A DNA stretch of 64,000 bases from the NCBI GenBank assembly GCA_964057225.1, contig OZ059895.1, positions 16,368,001 through 16,432,000 of the forward strand, written 5' to 3'. Positions within the stretch are counted from its first letter, which is position 1, and the number at the start of each line of letters is the position of its first letter. Positions 38,923 through 53,979 of this stretch are shown one piece after another. The position numbers were made by a program, and so were the translations under genes. The DNA comes from Auanema rhodensis. Its lineage: Eukaryota; Animalia; Nematoda. Under the pieces are notes generated by a model. The model did no database searches and had not been told where the DNA came from. It saw only the letters and a program-made list of their open reading frames with translations.

Positions 38923-40172
38923 CGTTTAGAATCTCTCTACATAGTAGTTGCAACAATATCAATTCGACTTGTCTACTTGTAGCAATAAGCTTTAATTATC
39001 TTTTCATTCTCTTAATAGAAATTGTTGCCTTCCTCGATTTTTTCTCTTCAGTTTCAATTTCTTTAAAAAAAAACAAAGAAAAATCCATCTATGTATATAG
39101 AGAGAATATATTATATATTTTCAGTTAGAATCTATAGATTCATGAAGCTTTTCTATATATCTATGAATTGACTAAAAGGCTGACGAAATATGATATTTGA
39201 AGCGAAAACTGACATTGAGGACGGAAAATACTCTTTGTCACTCTTTGTTTTCTTGAATGATCACAAAGGCAAAGTTTAGAAAAGTGATTAAGAAGAGCAT
39301 AAGACCTCTGGACCATTAAGGAAATTGAAGAGTTGTTGAGTGAAGAAGACGAAAAGCTTCTAATTGGTTTAAAAACTAATTTACTTGTGCTAATTGAGAT
39401 GTTAAGAGAAGAAGACAACGTAAGAGACACATTGAAAAGACCCGAGGAAAGGGGGGGGGAAGAGAGTAGGAAAATGAAAGGAAATGCCGTTGATATACAT
39501 ACATATACAATACTCAAAAAAACTTCTGAGGGAATAGAATGAAATGTGCTTGTAAAGCTAGAATGACACAACACAATACTCCCAGATGAATGTTTAGAAA
39601 GTCAAGTTAATCGAGAAAATTGAGACGCAAAATGCAATATAGGCAGCTCTCCCTTTCTCACTCACTCTACATATATTCAGCTGTCACTTCATTGCTTTTC
39701 ACTTGAAGGAAGTAATTCATCCGGAGTGCTGGCGCTTCGGAGTTGCGCACGTCGTCATCGTCGGCGCCGTCTTCTGGCATCCTCGCTGGTGGACCTCGGT
39801 TCACGGGCCGAGTTCTATATTTTTTCCCTCCCTCCTTCCCTCCCTCGCTTTCTTTTTTTGCTTCTTCTAGTGATCTTTCTATCTCTTTCTCTCTGTCTAT
39901 TCGGAAGCATAAGCGATGCTTTTCAGACATTGTCAAATGACGACGACAGCGTCCGTCCATCACGCGGCTATGGAATAGGCTGTTGGTCGAAGATAGGCAC
40001 AAGATGAATGATTGTTTAGGAAGGAATTCCAAGCATTTTAATGTGAATCATGGCAATGAATTCAGGATAATAGCACATAGACTTAAGAGAAGAGACTCAC
40101 CAGGAACGACGTCTTGCCTACGCCGGAATCTCCGAGAGCCAAAAATTTGATCAGATAATCGTACTCACTCAT
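35273..40172 (-). CDS. aex-6: Rab27 small GTPase
   Basis: [24 protein letters not shown]|[25 protein letters not shown]|...QLWDTAGQE|[16 protein letters not shown]...GNKADL...YFETSA; C-terminus ...SSYCTNC. Confidence 0.96.
37726..38492 (+). CDS. Possible 3-exon, about 62-aa gene nested antisense in aex-6 intron 1
   Basis: Exons 37726-37804, 38334-38390 and 38440-38492 join in phase through GT..AG introns, the second being 49 nt. Product [62 protein letters not shown]; no homology recognised. Confidence 0.3.
37940..38014. repeat. (CT)n microsatellite, about 37 units
   Basis: Perfect dinucleotide run. Confidence 0.97.
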
Positions 40173-42181
40173 TTCTGCTGAGTTTTGAGTGCAGACGATG
40201 AGATGACAGGTCCAAAAGCCCTGAATGACACTATGTTTGAAGTTTGGAAAGTAATTTACTGGATTTTGAACGACGTTAGAAAAAAAACGGCAAAACGAAT
40301 ATACGACGACACATTAAGAAAAGTTGGTGGTGGCAATGAAGCTGTGAAAAGAGAGATGAAATTCTATTGAATGAGGGAATGCCAGCTGGTTACAAGTCAA
40401 TGAGAAGCTGAGATTGAAGTTGGTACGATAGATAGACTGAAGAGAACAACATGAGTGAGGATGAGGAAGAGGACGAATAGAAGAAGAAGAAGAAGCAGGA
40501 AGAGGTAGACTAGAAGGAGGAGCAAAATGAGAGAAAAGAACACAACAGACTCAGTTTTAGTCTGTGTGAAAAAATAGCTTTGAACGGTGACAACAACGAG
40601 AATATGAACATTCATATCATCGATATGTCAGAGAAGGAAGGAAAGATGAAGGGGTATGGCTGGGCATTTCCTAAAAGACGAATGCGACAACGGGGAGGAG
40701 TTGAAGAGAAAAAATGGCAGAGCTGGCTGGATATGAGACGGCGGAAGAGTTGAAACAGCGGAGACAAGAACAACGTCAGAGAAAAGACTATGAAAAAGGT
40801 GATGAATATACTTGAAATACAGAAGACAATGGAAATTCATAGAAGTGAAATGATGGGGGTCGATCAGACTTGAAGGGGTGGAGATTGCTCCAAGAAGAGT
40901 GATGATTGTCCGAAAAGGGCAAGAATTGAGGAGCGAAAACGACAAGTGTATTAACGATAATCTGAGACTGATGGGGAGATATGAGATGAGAAAGTAAGCA
41001 GGTTGATGGATAGGAACAGCAACTTGGTGGAAGTTGTTGCTCCTCGTGGGGCAGGCTTATGTATACATGTGTGTGTGTGTATGCATGTATGTGTATGGCA
41101 GTGCTGCTGCAAAGGAAAGAAATCGATAAGGGAGGCCCCTTCTGAGCATGTAGCCCCAGGCCGGCCAGAAGATGGCTGTGGGGACTGACGCATGCATGGT
41201 GGCCAACCTGGTTAAGACAGAGATATAGCTGGAAGATTCAGATGAAGCTTTGAGCTCAGTTTCATCTTTGCAAATGAGCCGAGGAGATGAAGGTCGTGGG
41301 CATGAAGAAAGGGTGTGAGAAGGTTCAATGGTAGATGTGAATGAATAAGAGAGACAGAGAGAGAAAGAGATTCAGATTGAAAGTGCCAAAGAAAGAGCAA
41401 CAGCAAGAACTTGAAGACGTGATGATCTAGGGTTGGTAAGGTAGTGGAATAAGCTCACAAACTTGACTAAAAAGTAGAGAAAGATAGATTGATAGATTGA
41501 GAGAGAAAGAAAGAGAGAGAGAGAGAGAGAGAAAGGGAGGGTGTCTCCATGCGTGCTTGTCCGAATAAACCTAATGTAGATAAAATAACTCAACAAGCTT
41601 CAACATGCAGATGATAATTTGAAACAGCAAAGAGAGAGAAAGATAATGAGGGACAAAGAGGGAATGATCAATAGAGAGTAGTTCGAGAGAGAGAGATAGA
41701 TAGAGAGAAAGTGAAAGAGAAATAGAGAGAGAGAGAGAGAAAGTGAGAGAGAGAGAAGAAATAAATAACACACATGATATGTCGCTTATGCCGAATCCAA
41801 CCTAGATATGATATAGCTAAAGGGCGAATTATATATGAAAAATTGCAAAATTGTGCAAAAGCAAAGAAAGGAATATTCGTCGAAAAAGACTAAAAGAAGG
41901 AGAAAACTTGCAGGATACGACTATTCGTCTGCTTCCGTTATCCAATATTTTCGGAAAATAGCTTGGGTTCATCTATTTTCTTTACTTTGTCACTAACAAA
42001 GCTAATATCTAAGTTGCAAAATGCTTTTTAAGCTAATTATTGTTGAGAGAATTAAATAAAGATGAAGACGAAATATAGAAATGAATAAAGACTTCTGCAG
42101 ATTATAAACAGCAGTTTTTGAAATTACAAACACTGTAATGGTCTGGTTATTACCCAAAGTTTTCCTTAAAATATTGCTTAT

Positions 42182-42230
<49 letters not shown>

Positions 42231-43644
42231 CGATCCTCCTCCTTTTCAATCTCTCTATCTATCACAACTGAGCTTTTAGTTGTTGTTTATATGATAAATA
42301 GACAAACAATTTTAAATGTATTACTGTTAACTATATGATATAATTAAATTTATTTAATCAAGTAGGAGATACATAATTCAAGTTTTCAGAGCTACACCCG
42401 ACAACTGATGACGATCATACTGCTATTGCTATCTATTGAGCTCATAATGCTCATGATGATGATGATGATGTTGATAGTGGGCTAACTGATTGAGATGTTA
42501 ACAAAAAAGAAGAAAAAGAGTTGAATAGCAATGAGAACATTGAGATTTTGAAAGGAAATTAGATGATATTCAATCAAAAAAATTAGAAAAAATACATATT
42601 ACTATCGTTTCTGACCATGTGAGCGAAATAATGAATAAACTAGCTGCTTAATCAACTCCTAAAAGCTTTGCTGATAACAAGCACTTTAAATAGAACATTA
42701 CATGATAAGTATATGGTTTATTATGTTAATAATCAAGAGTTTCAAATATAAAAATCTAAAACAAAATATTGGTTTTGACACGAAAATGGTAATGAAACAA
42801 GAAAATTGGAAAAACAACAATATCTTAAATGGCTTCTTCCCCGATTCCCTCTCTCTCTCTCTCTCTTTCTCTCATTTGAGACAAATGTGGTATGGAGCTG
42901 TGTCAATGCTTCATTGAGCATGAGGACAGCAGCAGCATGAGCAATCTATGATATGAGTCAGGAATAGCTTTCTATCACTATACTAATCTCAAGATATATG
43001 TAAATAACGCAGATAATTCAGGGAATTGTGATGAAAACTGACGAAAAGTATGGATATTGTAGGCTCAAAAGCTGTAATTTGATAATAATATGACAAAAAT
43101 CGTATTTTTAGAATCGAATGGCTAGAGAGAGAGGGGGGGGGGGGTAGTGGGATGGAGAGAATTCCCTCATATCTTTCTGAGAACATTCAAGAGTTTTGAT
43201 GTATATGAGAAACAATTATATGAAAACAAATAACAATATTTCCAAGCGTATGGTTGACTTTTTTTTTGAAAAAATGCTGTAAAAATAGATAAAAATGATG
43301 TGAATAATGAAGGGAAATGAGAAAATGAAGACGAAAAACGCAACATTTCTTTCAAAAATAGTTTATATTCAACCTCATATATATGGAAATTGTTACAAAA
43401 TTATTCATTCAATAGTATAATTTAAGAAAAAAAGAACAAAAAAACTAAAATATAGTCTTTGCGGAATTTAAAAATAAATGGCAGTTGTGTAGTTAGTTAG
43501 ATGAAGACAAATGAAAAGAGGTAAAAAGGTAGAAGTTTAGGAGTATAGAGGGAAATAAATCGAAAAAGAGAGAAAGACGAGAGAAGAAGAGAAAAAAACA
43601 AAAAGAGAGAGAGAGAGAGAGAGAGAGAACGATATGTTGATGAA

Positions 43645-45728
43645 CTATGTTGTAGCTTTGAGATATTCCTTTTTGAATTGATCTAAGCGACTATATAACG
43701 AAGCATCAACGTAACCTTTTTGTTTGAAATAATTAAGTAAAACTTGATGTACAAATAGATATTGATGTTCAGTCTAAAAAGTAAATGAGAATAACAGCTG
43801 GAAAAGTTGGAAAAATGCTGGGAAATTAACAAACTTGAACACTGTTGTTACGTTGTTGACGTATTATAGACATATAATGATCTAAAGAGCTAAGTCGTTG
43901 ACCACTACGAAGTATTTCCAAGGCAACTTGAAGCAGTACCATCGTGCCCGATCGTCCTATTCCAGCTGAGCAATGAACTACAATTGGAGCTCCATTTGAT
44001 CTAAAACGAAGAATATGAAGATTATTAAAAGTTTAAATATGCTATCTTAAGCTTAAAGTCTTTATTAAGCTCATCCCATCTTACTTACTCAGCTTCCAGT
44101 TGTTTCAGCAACTGAATAGGTACCATATCAGCTTCTGGTACACCTCTATCAGGCCAATCAAGCCAATGATAATGCGAACAAGTAAACGTTCGTGTACCAA
44201 ACTGTACATCACATGCTGTAACTTGCACTCGAACATTGGTTTTGAATGAAAATTTAAACTGAAATGAAGAGCTTGAGCAAGCTTAAAACAAAAGCTGATG
44301 TGCATCATATGTCGTCGTACCGTTTCACATGAACGAGCAGTCACGCTAATCTCATTTTCAGCTCCAAATCGTAGAGTTTGTCCAACAGTTGGAGGAATAT
44401 ACTGAGCACATTTGCTCACTCCCTTAAGTCAAAACATGAACAGATGAATGTAAAATGAAAAGAAAATCATATGAAATACGAACTGTTTCAATATAATTAC
44501 ATAACATGAGAATGACAGAACATCGCTCTTGTACAATCATATACCAGAAATCTGAGCAAGTAGTGTCTAATGGTCCCTGTAAAATGAGAATTTTCGTTGA
44601 TTTTCTTTGATTTTCTTTGATTTTCAACAAAGTGAATCGAGTACTACTAACCTGTGTACATATAAATCGTTTATTATTATTAGGAGTCGACACATAGTTC
44701 GCATGAATATAGGATATTGGACCCATGCTCAGTATAACACGACCATTGTCCAAGCATCCAACATCCTGAATGTTCCATCATTTTTTAGATGAAAAAAAGG
44801 AAAAATAATAGCAGAGAAAGAGAGAGAGAGAGAAAATATTGATTTTGTGAGAGTAAAGATGAAGATATATCAGCAAATACCTTATAACGATTACGAGAGC
44901 AGTTTGTGGGATTGGAGAATTCAATCATCTTTGTGAAATCGTTTCCTCGTTTATGGCTTCGAAATTCCTGCAACAGGCCGGATATACGCTTCTGTAAGAC
45001 CAGGTCGATGAATGGAGCAACCTGAATGAATAGCAAATAATGTGTGAATGCTTGATCAGATTCAAAGTTTCTATTCTGTATACAACTTACCGCAGCTGAT
45101 TTTTCTTTTGAGAACGTCGGCACAATGGCTGCAGCCATCTGACCAGTTGGTGTAGAGCCTATGCTGGATTTAGTTATGCGATCATGTCGCATCCGTTCCT
45201 CAACACTGAACACGAAAATAAATAAAATTATAAAATAAAAAAGATAATAATTGATCTCGAAACGAAAATGATATGTTTTTTTGGGAATGGGAAAATGGAA
45301 TATGTTTGAAAAGCACATACGATGTTCTCAGTATATCATCTCTAACTTGTGACATTAGTTTAGCTGGTTGCATACTACTCTTTGCATTACCTCTAAAAAC
45401 ATTAAAAAATTGAATAAAAAGCTGATAATACAAATCTATCTGTATATAGTTTGAACTATTTATGAAAAATAACACAAAAAATATGAAATGTGGAAGAAAA
45501 AATAAAAACAACATGATATGAAATAGGAAAGCTTCTGACCTTCGACCATTTTTCGAATGGCTTCGTGATCGTCGACGACCCTGTTTAGTTTTTTCCTTCT
45601 GACTCTCCTCATTTTCATCTTCTGTTTCAAATAATTACATTGATAATGAGCTTGAATAAGGTTGAAGATGCTTTACCAGCTGTTGTCAGAGTATCTTTTT
45701 CCTTTTTCTTCTTCAAAAAGTCAAACAT
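43645..45728 (-). CDS. Classical non-receptor protein tyrosine phosphatase of the nematode-expanded type, with a basic N-terminus
   Basis: NRYK|DVGCLDNGRV, YIHANYV, FICTQ|GPL...DFWYMIVQE, KCAQY, HWLDWPDRGVP, VVHCSAGIGRSG, QRNNSVQ|TEHQYLFVH. Catalytic Cys, WPD loop and Q loop are intact. Confidence 0.93.
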
Positions 45729-46415
45729 CTTGTCCGAAATTCAGACAACCGTTGGCAAAAATTGTTTTCTTTTAAAATGATTTTCATCCAACCGCCGTTT
45801 TTTCACGTCACGTACGTCATCTCATCATTTAGCAGCATTTTCGATGATACGTTGTCTCATGCTTAAATTATTTTTTGCAATTCAACTTAATTCCAACTTA
45901 CTAAGTTTTATGTAAAACTTTCTTTTATGAATTATTATGAGCATAAAGAATACTCTATCGATTTAGTCAATTTATGTGTGTCCCGTATATCATTCTACTT
46001 TTTCAAAAAAAAAGAAGGTAAAACATACTTATCTACCTATTTCTCACAGATATGTACCTGAGATTCGTGAGGCGTGAGTATGAACCAGATGTCGCGTGCA
46101 TCTGAGCCTAAACTCTGTTCTCGTCGCTCTTACCTCCAGTCCTTCCCAGCTTGTGCCAGTATCACACGAGGTACAAACTCACATGTTCACATATTCAGTC
46201 ATGTGTTTGAGAAAACTGTATTTTCAGTATTTTGTGAGAGCATCCATCTACTATCTAGATGAATATGAAGTATCGTCACTTGCAGCTCTAACATCAACTT
46301 AAGTTGGTGACATTGAAGAGCTGTAATGTTATTACTATTGCTCAATACAGTCATAACAGCAAGAGCTATGTTATCTGATGTGTTCGTCACACACATAACA
46401 GACTGTTTCATGAGC

Positions 46416-46451
<36 letters not shown>

Positions 46452-47401
46452 ATATACATATCATGATCATCAAATGTCTGTTATAAATTATATATTTTCA
46501 TCATTGATATAATCTATTATTTATATTTATATCTTAATTATACTATACGTATAGTTAAAGATCATATTACTTGTTCAATATACAAGTGTACTCAAAACTT
46601 ACATCGTACTCGTCATATCTTTCGTCTGCTCCTCCTTCTCCTTCTTCTTGTTGTTGTCGTCCTCCTCCTTCTTCTTCACGTTTCCATCTTCATCCTACTA
46701 CATACACTGGGACAGAGTACATTGAGCCAGATGATGCAGCTGATAAACTTCTAACATTGACTTTTTGACATATTTCCAGTTTTTAAATGATAACAAAGTA
46801 TTAATTAACATTCACATTTTTCAATTTTTATGGTTCTTTAACAACTATATCTGTGAATTTATTAACTGTTTTTACCATTCATTTTCATTTCATTTTATCT
46901 ATTTTTGTTTCTTTTTGTTACTCTTTTCTCTCTCTTTCTCTCTCTCCCTCTCTCTTTCTCTCTCTCCCTCTCTCTGTCTCACCTCCCCCCTCTCTCTCTC
47001 TTACTTATAAAGTCATACATTATGTTAACTTTACACATGTATTACTTAACTATATACATATAAGAAAATTAAATTGTTTGTGATAAGATTCACTTCTTGC
47101 TCTGAAGAGCATCTCCTCTTTTCCTAACTCTCTCTCTTTGCCCCCCCCCCCTCTCTCTCTCTCTCTTTCCCTCTATCTGGTATCTACATGTATATACAAT
47201 CAGAGATTGAGTACTATTGTAGTTTCCCCCCTCCTCTTTCCCTTTTTTTGCTTTAATTTCTCTCCATATCATAACTGATTATATCTTTTCTATGTTTGCT
47301 CGTCTTTTTTTTTGTTTTTTCTATCAATTTCAATCCTTTTTTCAATTTGAATTTCCGTTTCAGATTAGCTCAAAACTTAAATTTGCTCAATAATTACGGG
47401 A

Positions 47402-48326
47402 ATGTTATCAAATACATCACAATTTCCTTCATATTCTATCAATAATTTATATAATACATCACCTAATAAGGATGGGTAAGTTCAGCTTTACAGCCAACTT
47501 ACTTCAACTTGATTATTTCTCTCTTTCAGATTATTTGGATCATACTTAGAACCAGCATTACCTCTTGATGCATCTTCCTCCTCCTTAACACCTCCAACAA
47601 CATGGTTGAACCTTCCATCCAATCCCTTAGTTTATCCTACAATGGTATGTGGTTTGAAGCTTTTGCTCATCTTCTCCTCAAACAATTGAACAACAATCTC
47701 ATGTTTTAGCCGCCAATGATGTACGGAGTTCTTAATCCACTAAGCCTATCATCTATTTCTTCAATTTCCACTCCAAATATCAATCCAACTACAGGACGAC
47801 TTTATCATTCCTCTCGTAATCACACGGAACCTTTGTTTGATTGGATGAAAAAGCATTCAAAAGATCCTTATCCAACTAAAAAGGAAAAGGAACAACTTGC
47901 AAAAACTTGTGGAATGACAGCTCGTCAGGTTTGTATCATCAACTAACCAGCATTTTCAAACATTATTTTTGAGATTAAAACCTTATCCTATAACTATTCA
48001 TATAATAAATATTTTTATTTATAGATTGAGCATTGGTTTGCTAATGCTAGACGTCGTCAAAAGAAGATGAACAACTACAAGAAGGTCTGTTCAGCTTCTG
48101 GCAATAACGAACTCAGTCTATCTACAAGCAGTGACCCAAATGGTTTTGTTATCTTTCATCATCAAACGTCTTCATCATCGAATTTATTTCAGAATCCTCA
48201 TATACCTGCTCTGAATCTTCTGTTTCACCCCAACCATCAGTTGTTGACATCTCCAAAGATCTACAAACAACAATCACGGAAAAGCCTGTCAAGCGCATTT
48301 GGTCTATCGCCAGCTCATTCGAATAG
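47402..48326 (+). CDS. Divergent Iroquois-class TALE homeobox gene (5 exons)
   Basis: Exons 47402-47475, 47530-47644, 47710-47928, 48025-48142, 48193-48326. Homeodomain TEPLFDWMKKHSKDPYPTKKEKEQLAKTCGMTARQ|IEHWFANARRRQKK has the PYP loop and Ala50. C-terminal IRO-box-like KPVKRIWSIA. Confidence 0.88.
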
Positions 48327-48711
48327 TTTTTTTTCATAAAATTAAACGAAAAAATATAGAAGAAAAACTCAAAAAATCCACGTCTAAAGAAACAGAAAAA
48401 CAAAAATTTGATACAGAAATCTAGTTTTGAGAGCCATTTTCTGCCCTGATCTCATGTACATACAACACTACTGCACCTCTTGCTCCTTCTCGTGTCCCAC
48501 CATCATTTCATTATTATGAATTTGAAAAATAAAAGAATAATTGTATCAATTTATGTAAAATAATTTGCTTGTCCTCCTATTCTTAATAGAAATTTAATAA
48601 AATTTATTTTTAAACTTGAAAACTTGACTTATTACGCGGTCCCTAGCATTCTTAATTCAAACAGATACATCTAAAAGACATGAGAATTGTTAGAGTTGGA
48701 TTTCCAAGAGA

Positions 48712-48763
<52 letters not shown>

Positions 48764-51755
48764 AAGAGAGAAGGTTGTACGACTTGACAGTTTTTACAAA
48801 TATGAAATACAAGAAACAAGGTGATTGGAGATAGATTTTCTGTCAATTTGAATGGAAAAACGACCTAATTAGTGGATTAAACCAAATTAAAATAGTTTGA
48901 AAATTGCTTTATACAGCATAAGATGAGTTGTTTAAACTGTTGTAAAACAACAAAATAACTATAACATGATGTATTAAGCACTTTACCTGTATTAGACAAA
49001 TATAAAAGACATTTACGATGTAAACGATTAGATTCAGATGATGTGAGACGAAGTCAAATGACGTCTTTTCTCATACTTGCGCTACTCATGCTGTCGAGCT
49101 CTTTGTACCGTTTATGGCTTCGGCCCGACGACAATGGTCACGGATTATATTTTGTTGTCTAATTATATGAAACTATATGGTCTGAAGAATGAGAAGAAGA
49201 TGCTGATGAGAACCATAGCCCATACACACAGCTGTTCTCATCTGAAACTTATTTCTAAGCTAAGGCTCTAAAGCTGATGGCTCAGATAAAGTAAGTTGAT
49301 TGAATGCTGCTCATGTTTACCGACGTTTTCCTCAACAGTAACAGCATATTCATGAAAGTGATGCTACTACATCCTTCAGATGATGCATCGTCATATACCA
49401 TACGAATTACGAATTTAATCTTGTAATCGCTGTAATCAAGTGGTATGAAAAAACCAGAAGAAAGGACTCTACTTAACGCCTGATTTACAACCTTGTTTGA
49501 AAATGATTTAACAACTATTATCGTTGTTTTCTTTCTGTTTTTATTTTTCTTTAATCATATTGTAAAAATATTTATTTAATTATAAATCTTGAACAGGATC
49601 TAAAGAATTTCCGGGTCATCGCGTAAGCCATGCCGCGAACATCAACATCAGCAGCATTGTTGCTGAAGTTGCAGCTGCAATCTTTGAAGTCATTTCAGAA
49701 AAAGCCTAAATATAACCAGGTTTAATGATAAATTACATGATATAGTGATCTGTCGTTTTCCCGTTTCTATCGACCATCAGCGCTAGCTATTTGAAAAATA
49801 TTTTTTTTCTCCAGAAGATGTTCACGACGATAATCAACGTATGTACTTATCACCTTTTTCTTCTTCTTCTTATCATCATTATCATTGTCTTCATTTCAGT
49901 TGAATGATATATGAGAATTTGATAATCGAAATATCGAAGATGACGAGAATACGCAGATTCCCCGAAGACGACAACTACGACGACGACGACGACAACGGTA
50001 ACAACGATGTCAGTTCAACCAGAGAGAGAGGACAGAGGGAGAGAGAGGAATGTTAGAAAGAGAAATATAGTTAGATAGATAGATTGAAAAGAGAGAGAGA
50101 AAGAGAAAGAGAGAGAAGGAGAGAAATTGGCAGTCTTGATGGCTATAAGTGATTCCAGAAAAAAACCTCCAAGAATGGACATTCATTCGCAACGTATTCT
50201 GATACGGTTTTGGGACATGACACGTTTGTGTGTGTGTGTGTGTATGGGTCACTACAAATTCAAAAGAGAAATGATTTTGAAGATCCGCCATAGTTTCTTG
50301 TAATATCATTACTGTAAGTGTATGTTTATGTGTGTATATGTGATCATTATACAGTAGAACGATGACCATTAGAAGGCGTCGACATCGTTGTCGTCGTGGT
50401 AGTGGTAGTAGTGGTGATGGCGATGCCTGTCGTTGTTCATCGTCAGCATGCAGTACAACTAAATAGTGTTTCATAATGATTAGACGGTAGATGTATGCAT
50501 GTATGTAGTTCCAAGACAAATGATGTAACATTAGGAATCTGAAGGTAGATAGGTACATCGGTTGCAGACACACAGGAAGTCAAAAAATGTGTGAAAAATT
50601 GAATTTTGCATCTCTTTCTATCCTGATTTTCTTCAAAAAAAAGAAGGAAAAAGTTTATTTTTCAAGGTTTCAATATAATAATTTAACTGTCTATTATTAG
50701 AAAGTTCAGACAATAAGAAAAGGAAATGACAAAAATAGGAGAAAAAGAAGAAGAAGAAGACGAAGAGGACAACAGTTAAACTTTTGAAAAACTTGAATTA
50801 AACTATTTTGATATAATTAATATAATTTCTATAAATATGTTTTGTTTGGAATCAAGTTGTAAAGGCTGACTCTCAGTAGGAAGTCGAGAATGCTTCGAAG
50901 GAAAAAAAGGTTTCAAGGCTGTACAAGGCTAATGCAAACTTTAGCTGAACCATTGCTTTTGATTGATTTATATTTATAGTTGATTGTAACAGATAATGCT
51001 TGAAAATGCTTAAGTTTGAATAGCCTCAGGTCATTTTATGAGACGTTAGAGACAACTGATGATGATAATAATCATGAGGTGTACAAAGTTACAGAAAGAA
51101 ATGTTGCAGCAACAATGCTTGAAAAGGATTTAGAGAGAGAGAGAGGGAGTGAGCGAGAGATTGAGAGAGAGAGAACCCTCTGAAACTACTCAAAATGAAC
51201 TTTCAGCCGGTCCCTTTCCGTTTACTTATTGTAATTAACTAGCCATAACATGATCTATACGATACATGTAATGATGATTGGCCGGTTTTGCCAGCAAAAC
51301 TCTGACCCCGTGACCGGCTGAAATGAAGTGAAAAATCGTTTTTTCATCTTCTTATTTGATGTCTTTTTATATTTCTATAATATCATATAGTTTTAAGAAT
51401 AAAATACAATAAATTTCTTATCATAATCCACGTGTCAAATGTCATTTTGTCTGTTTTTTTACTGGTCTTGTTCCTCTTCTACTAATCCTCTTATTGAAAT
51501 TATCACTAAAATTTGATGTTCAAGTGGCTGTTCATAAATATTTTCCAGAAGCTCTCAAAGATTATATGATAATGCTTAGTTCATTTTGATAGTTCGTTTT
51601 CATAAATGTTACTTTTAAGAGGGGAGGGGGGTAATGCTCATCGGTTTTGGCTACAGATAATTACTGTTCGTTGCTGCTGCTGCTGCTGCTGCTGGTGCTG
51701 ATGATGATGCACACAGCAGTATCACATTGTCATACGGTATTCATCAGAACATGCT

Positions 51756-51802
<47 letters not shown>

Positions 51803-53305
51803 GCTGCAAGTACACCTCCACACCATTAAACACCAGCAACCATCCACACTCCTAATCATTAACACTCTCTATCTATGGTATACGGTGAATAAGATTGAAC
51901 TGAGTGTGAGCGAGATGATACATTCGTTGTATAAGTATCAACTGAACAAGCCTATATGCCTCTCTATACATGTGTGTTGTACATGTACAATTCGATTAAA
52001 CGATTAGAATCAGAGGCTTACAAGCTGATTACTAACCCAATCACATTCTTTGACACCCTTCGAGAAGAGGGGGGGGGAGGTGTGTACAACGAATCAATTT
52101 CATGTGCACCTTAAAACGAAAATGAAACTGCAACTGCTTGGCTGAGCACATTGGCTTTGCTGCAGATGATGCTCACGTACCAGATGCTCTGTCGCTCAAC
52201 TTATGAATACTGGGAATGGGAATGGAATTTTTGAAGAAAAAAAGAGAACATTTTCTTTGCTTTAATAATCTAAAAACCTTAGAATATTCATTTTTGACGT
52301 AATAATCAACGATATTAATCTTTTAATCAGATCATAGTTACAAGTTCAGATGTATAATCATCTTTAGTAGTTTCACGTCAACTAATCTTCAACATCTCCA
52401 TATACAAAGCTGTTTTTAAAGAAAATTTTATATTAAAAGGAAGTAAAAAATCCTAAAAAATTACTGTTTTTCCTTAGTAAAATAATAAATTTAAGTTGAA
52501 ACTTGTTCCTATTCGACCACATCCCCAATTTTGGTCACCTTTTGCCTACAAGCTAAGAATTTCAAAACCATAACGGAAGCAACAACACATGCAACTTGAA
52601 GTTCGAACTACTTACAGTATGACGATGTGTAGAAAAAAATTTCTTGTTTGTATGAAATAGCAAAAGGACAGTTTTTTTGGTTGGAAATTTGGGCTGAAAA
52701 GGCATTAATATCAGCCAAAAATAAAGTTTTCATGAAACTACATACACTCTTAGAATTAATTATAATTAATGATTTTCGTCATATGATTATATTTCTTGAT
52801 CATCTCTACCTATACACACATACAGCATAACCAGCATGAGCGTCAGCATGAGCGCCAACACGAGCGCATTCTACACATCAGTAGTAGCAGCATAGCCAGC
52901 GTCATGGCGATGTGATCATGATGAGCGATGGATGTGATGGAAATAGAAGAATGATAGTGATGAGTTCATTATGTGGATATGGTCTAGACGAGATTGATAA
53001 TGGAAATAGATGATGATGATGAATACAGATGAGAAGAGGTGAAACGACAACCACGACGATAATGACAACGATGGCGCTGTGAACGATGACAATGAGGACG
53101 ACGACATGGGATAACATTCAAGATTTTCGTGATATATACCTATCAAAGAAGAAAATGAAATATGTTCTTATAGGACATCTCTACGTTATGTTATCCTTCT
53201 CTTCTCAACAACTGATATGATAGCATGTTTTCAGAGGTTTCATCTCTTCTGATGATTTTGATTATCATCGTCCGACACAATCATCTAGTATTCTTCTAAT
53301 TACTG

Positions 53306-53361
<56 letters not shown>

Positions 53362-53703
53362 GATATTGATATTTATCATTTTCGGATAATACATATCCAT
53401 GTATCATCAACATACATCCTCCGAACTTATCGTTGCCAGACAGCCGTCATAACGACCACCGAGAACACACACATGACACACTAACTAAGATGTGATTTCA
53501 TGTTATTGATATAGCCATATACTATGTAGGGATAACTATATATAATATTTTGATATATTGATCAGATAGGACATCTAATTTCCAACAACAACATATCCTT
53601 CTTCTCTTCTATCTCTCTCTCTCTCTCTTCTTTAACCTCTTTTTTACCTCTCTATTTCTCTTTTATCAACAAGTATTATCTCCAAAATACATGTTTCTTT
53701 ACT

Positions 53704-53765
<62 letters not shown>

Positions 53766-53979
53766 ACTTATGACATGAATTAACATAGATAGATACATCT
53801 TATAATGCTTGTTTATCAAACATACACACAAACCAAATAATAAAAATTATGTGAAATCATTGGAATTTCTTGGAAAATTGCCAAAAAGTAGTACAGAATA
53901 TCTTCTGACAGTAGTCTTGTTGTCACATGTCTTCTAGATAAAACATCACATCGTCTATCTGCTTACAACCATCATCATC

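Noticed and set aside
39721-39812. GC-rich hairpins and an HDV-ribozyme-like TCCTCGCTGG in aex-6 intron 1
   Set aside because: No P1/P2 partners were found, and the G.U polarity is antisense to aex-6. It is a caution that GC-rich DNA yields chance hairpins.
49610-49705. Hydrophobic 25-codon ORF MTSKIAAATSATMLLMLMFAAWLTR on -
   Set aside because: No compatible upstream exon; its composition comes from GCT/GAT triplet runs.
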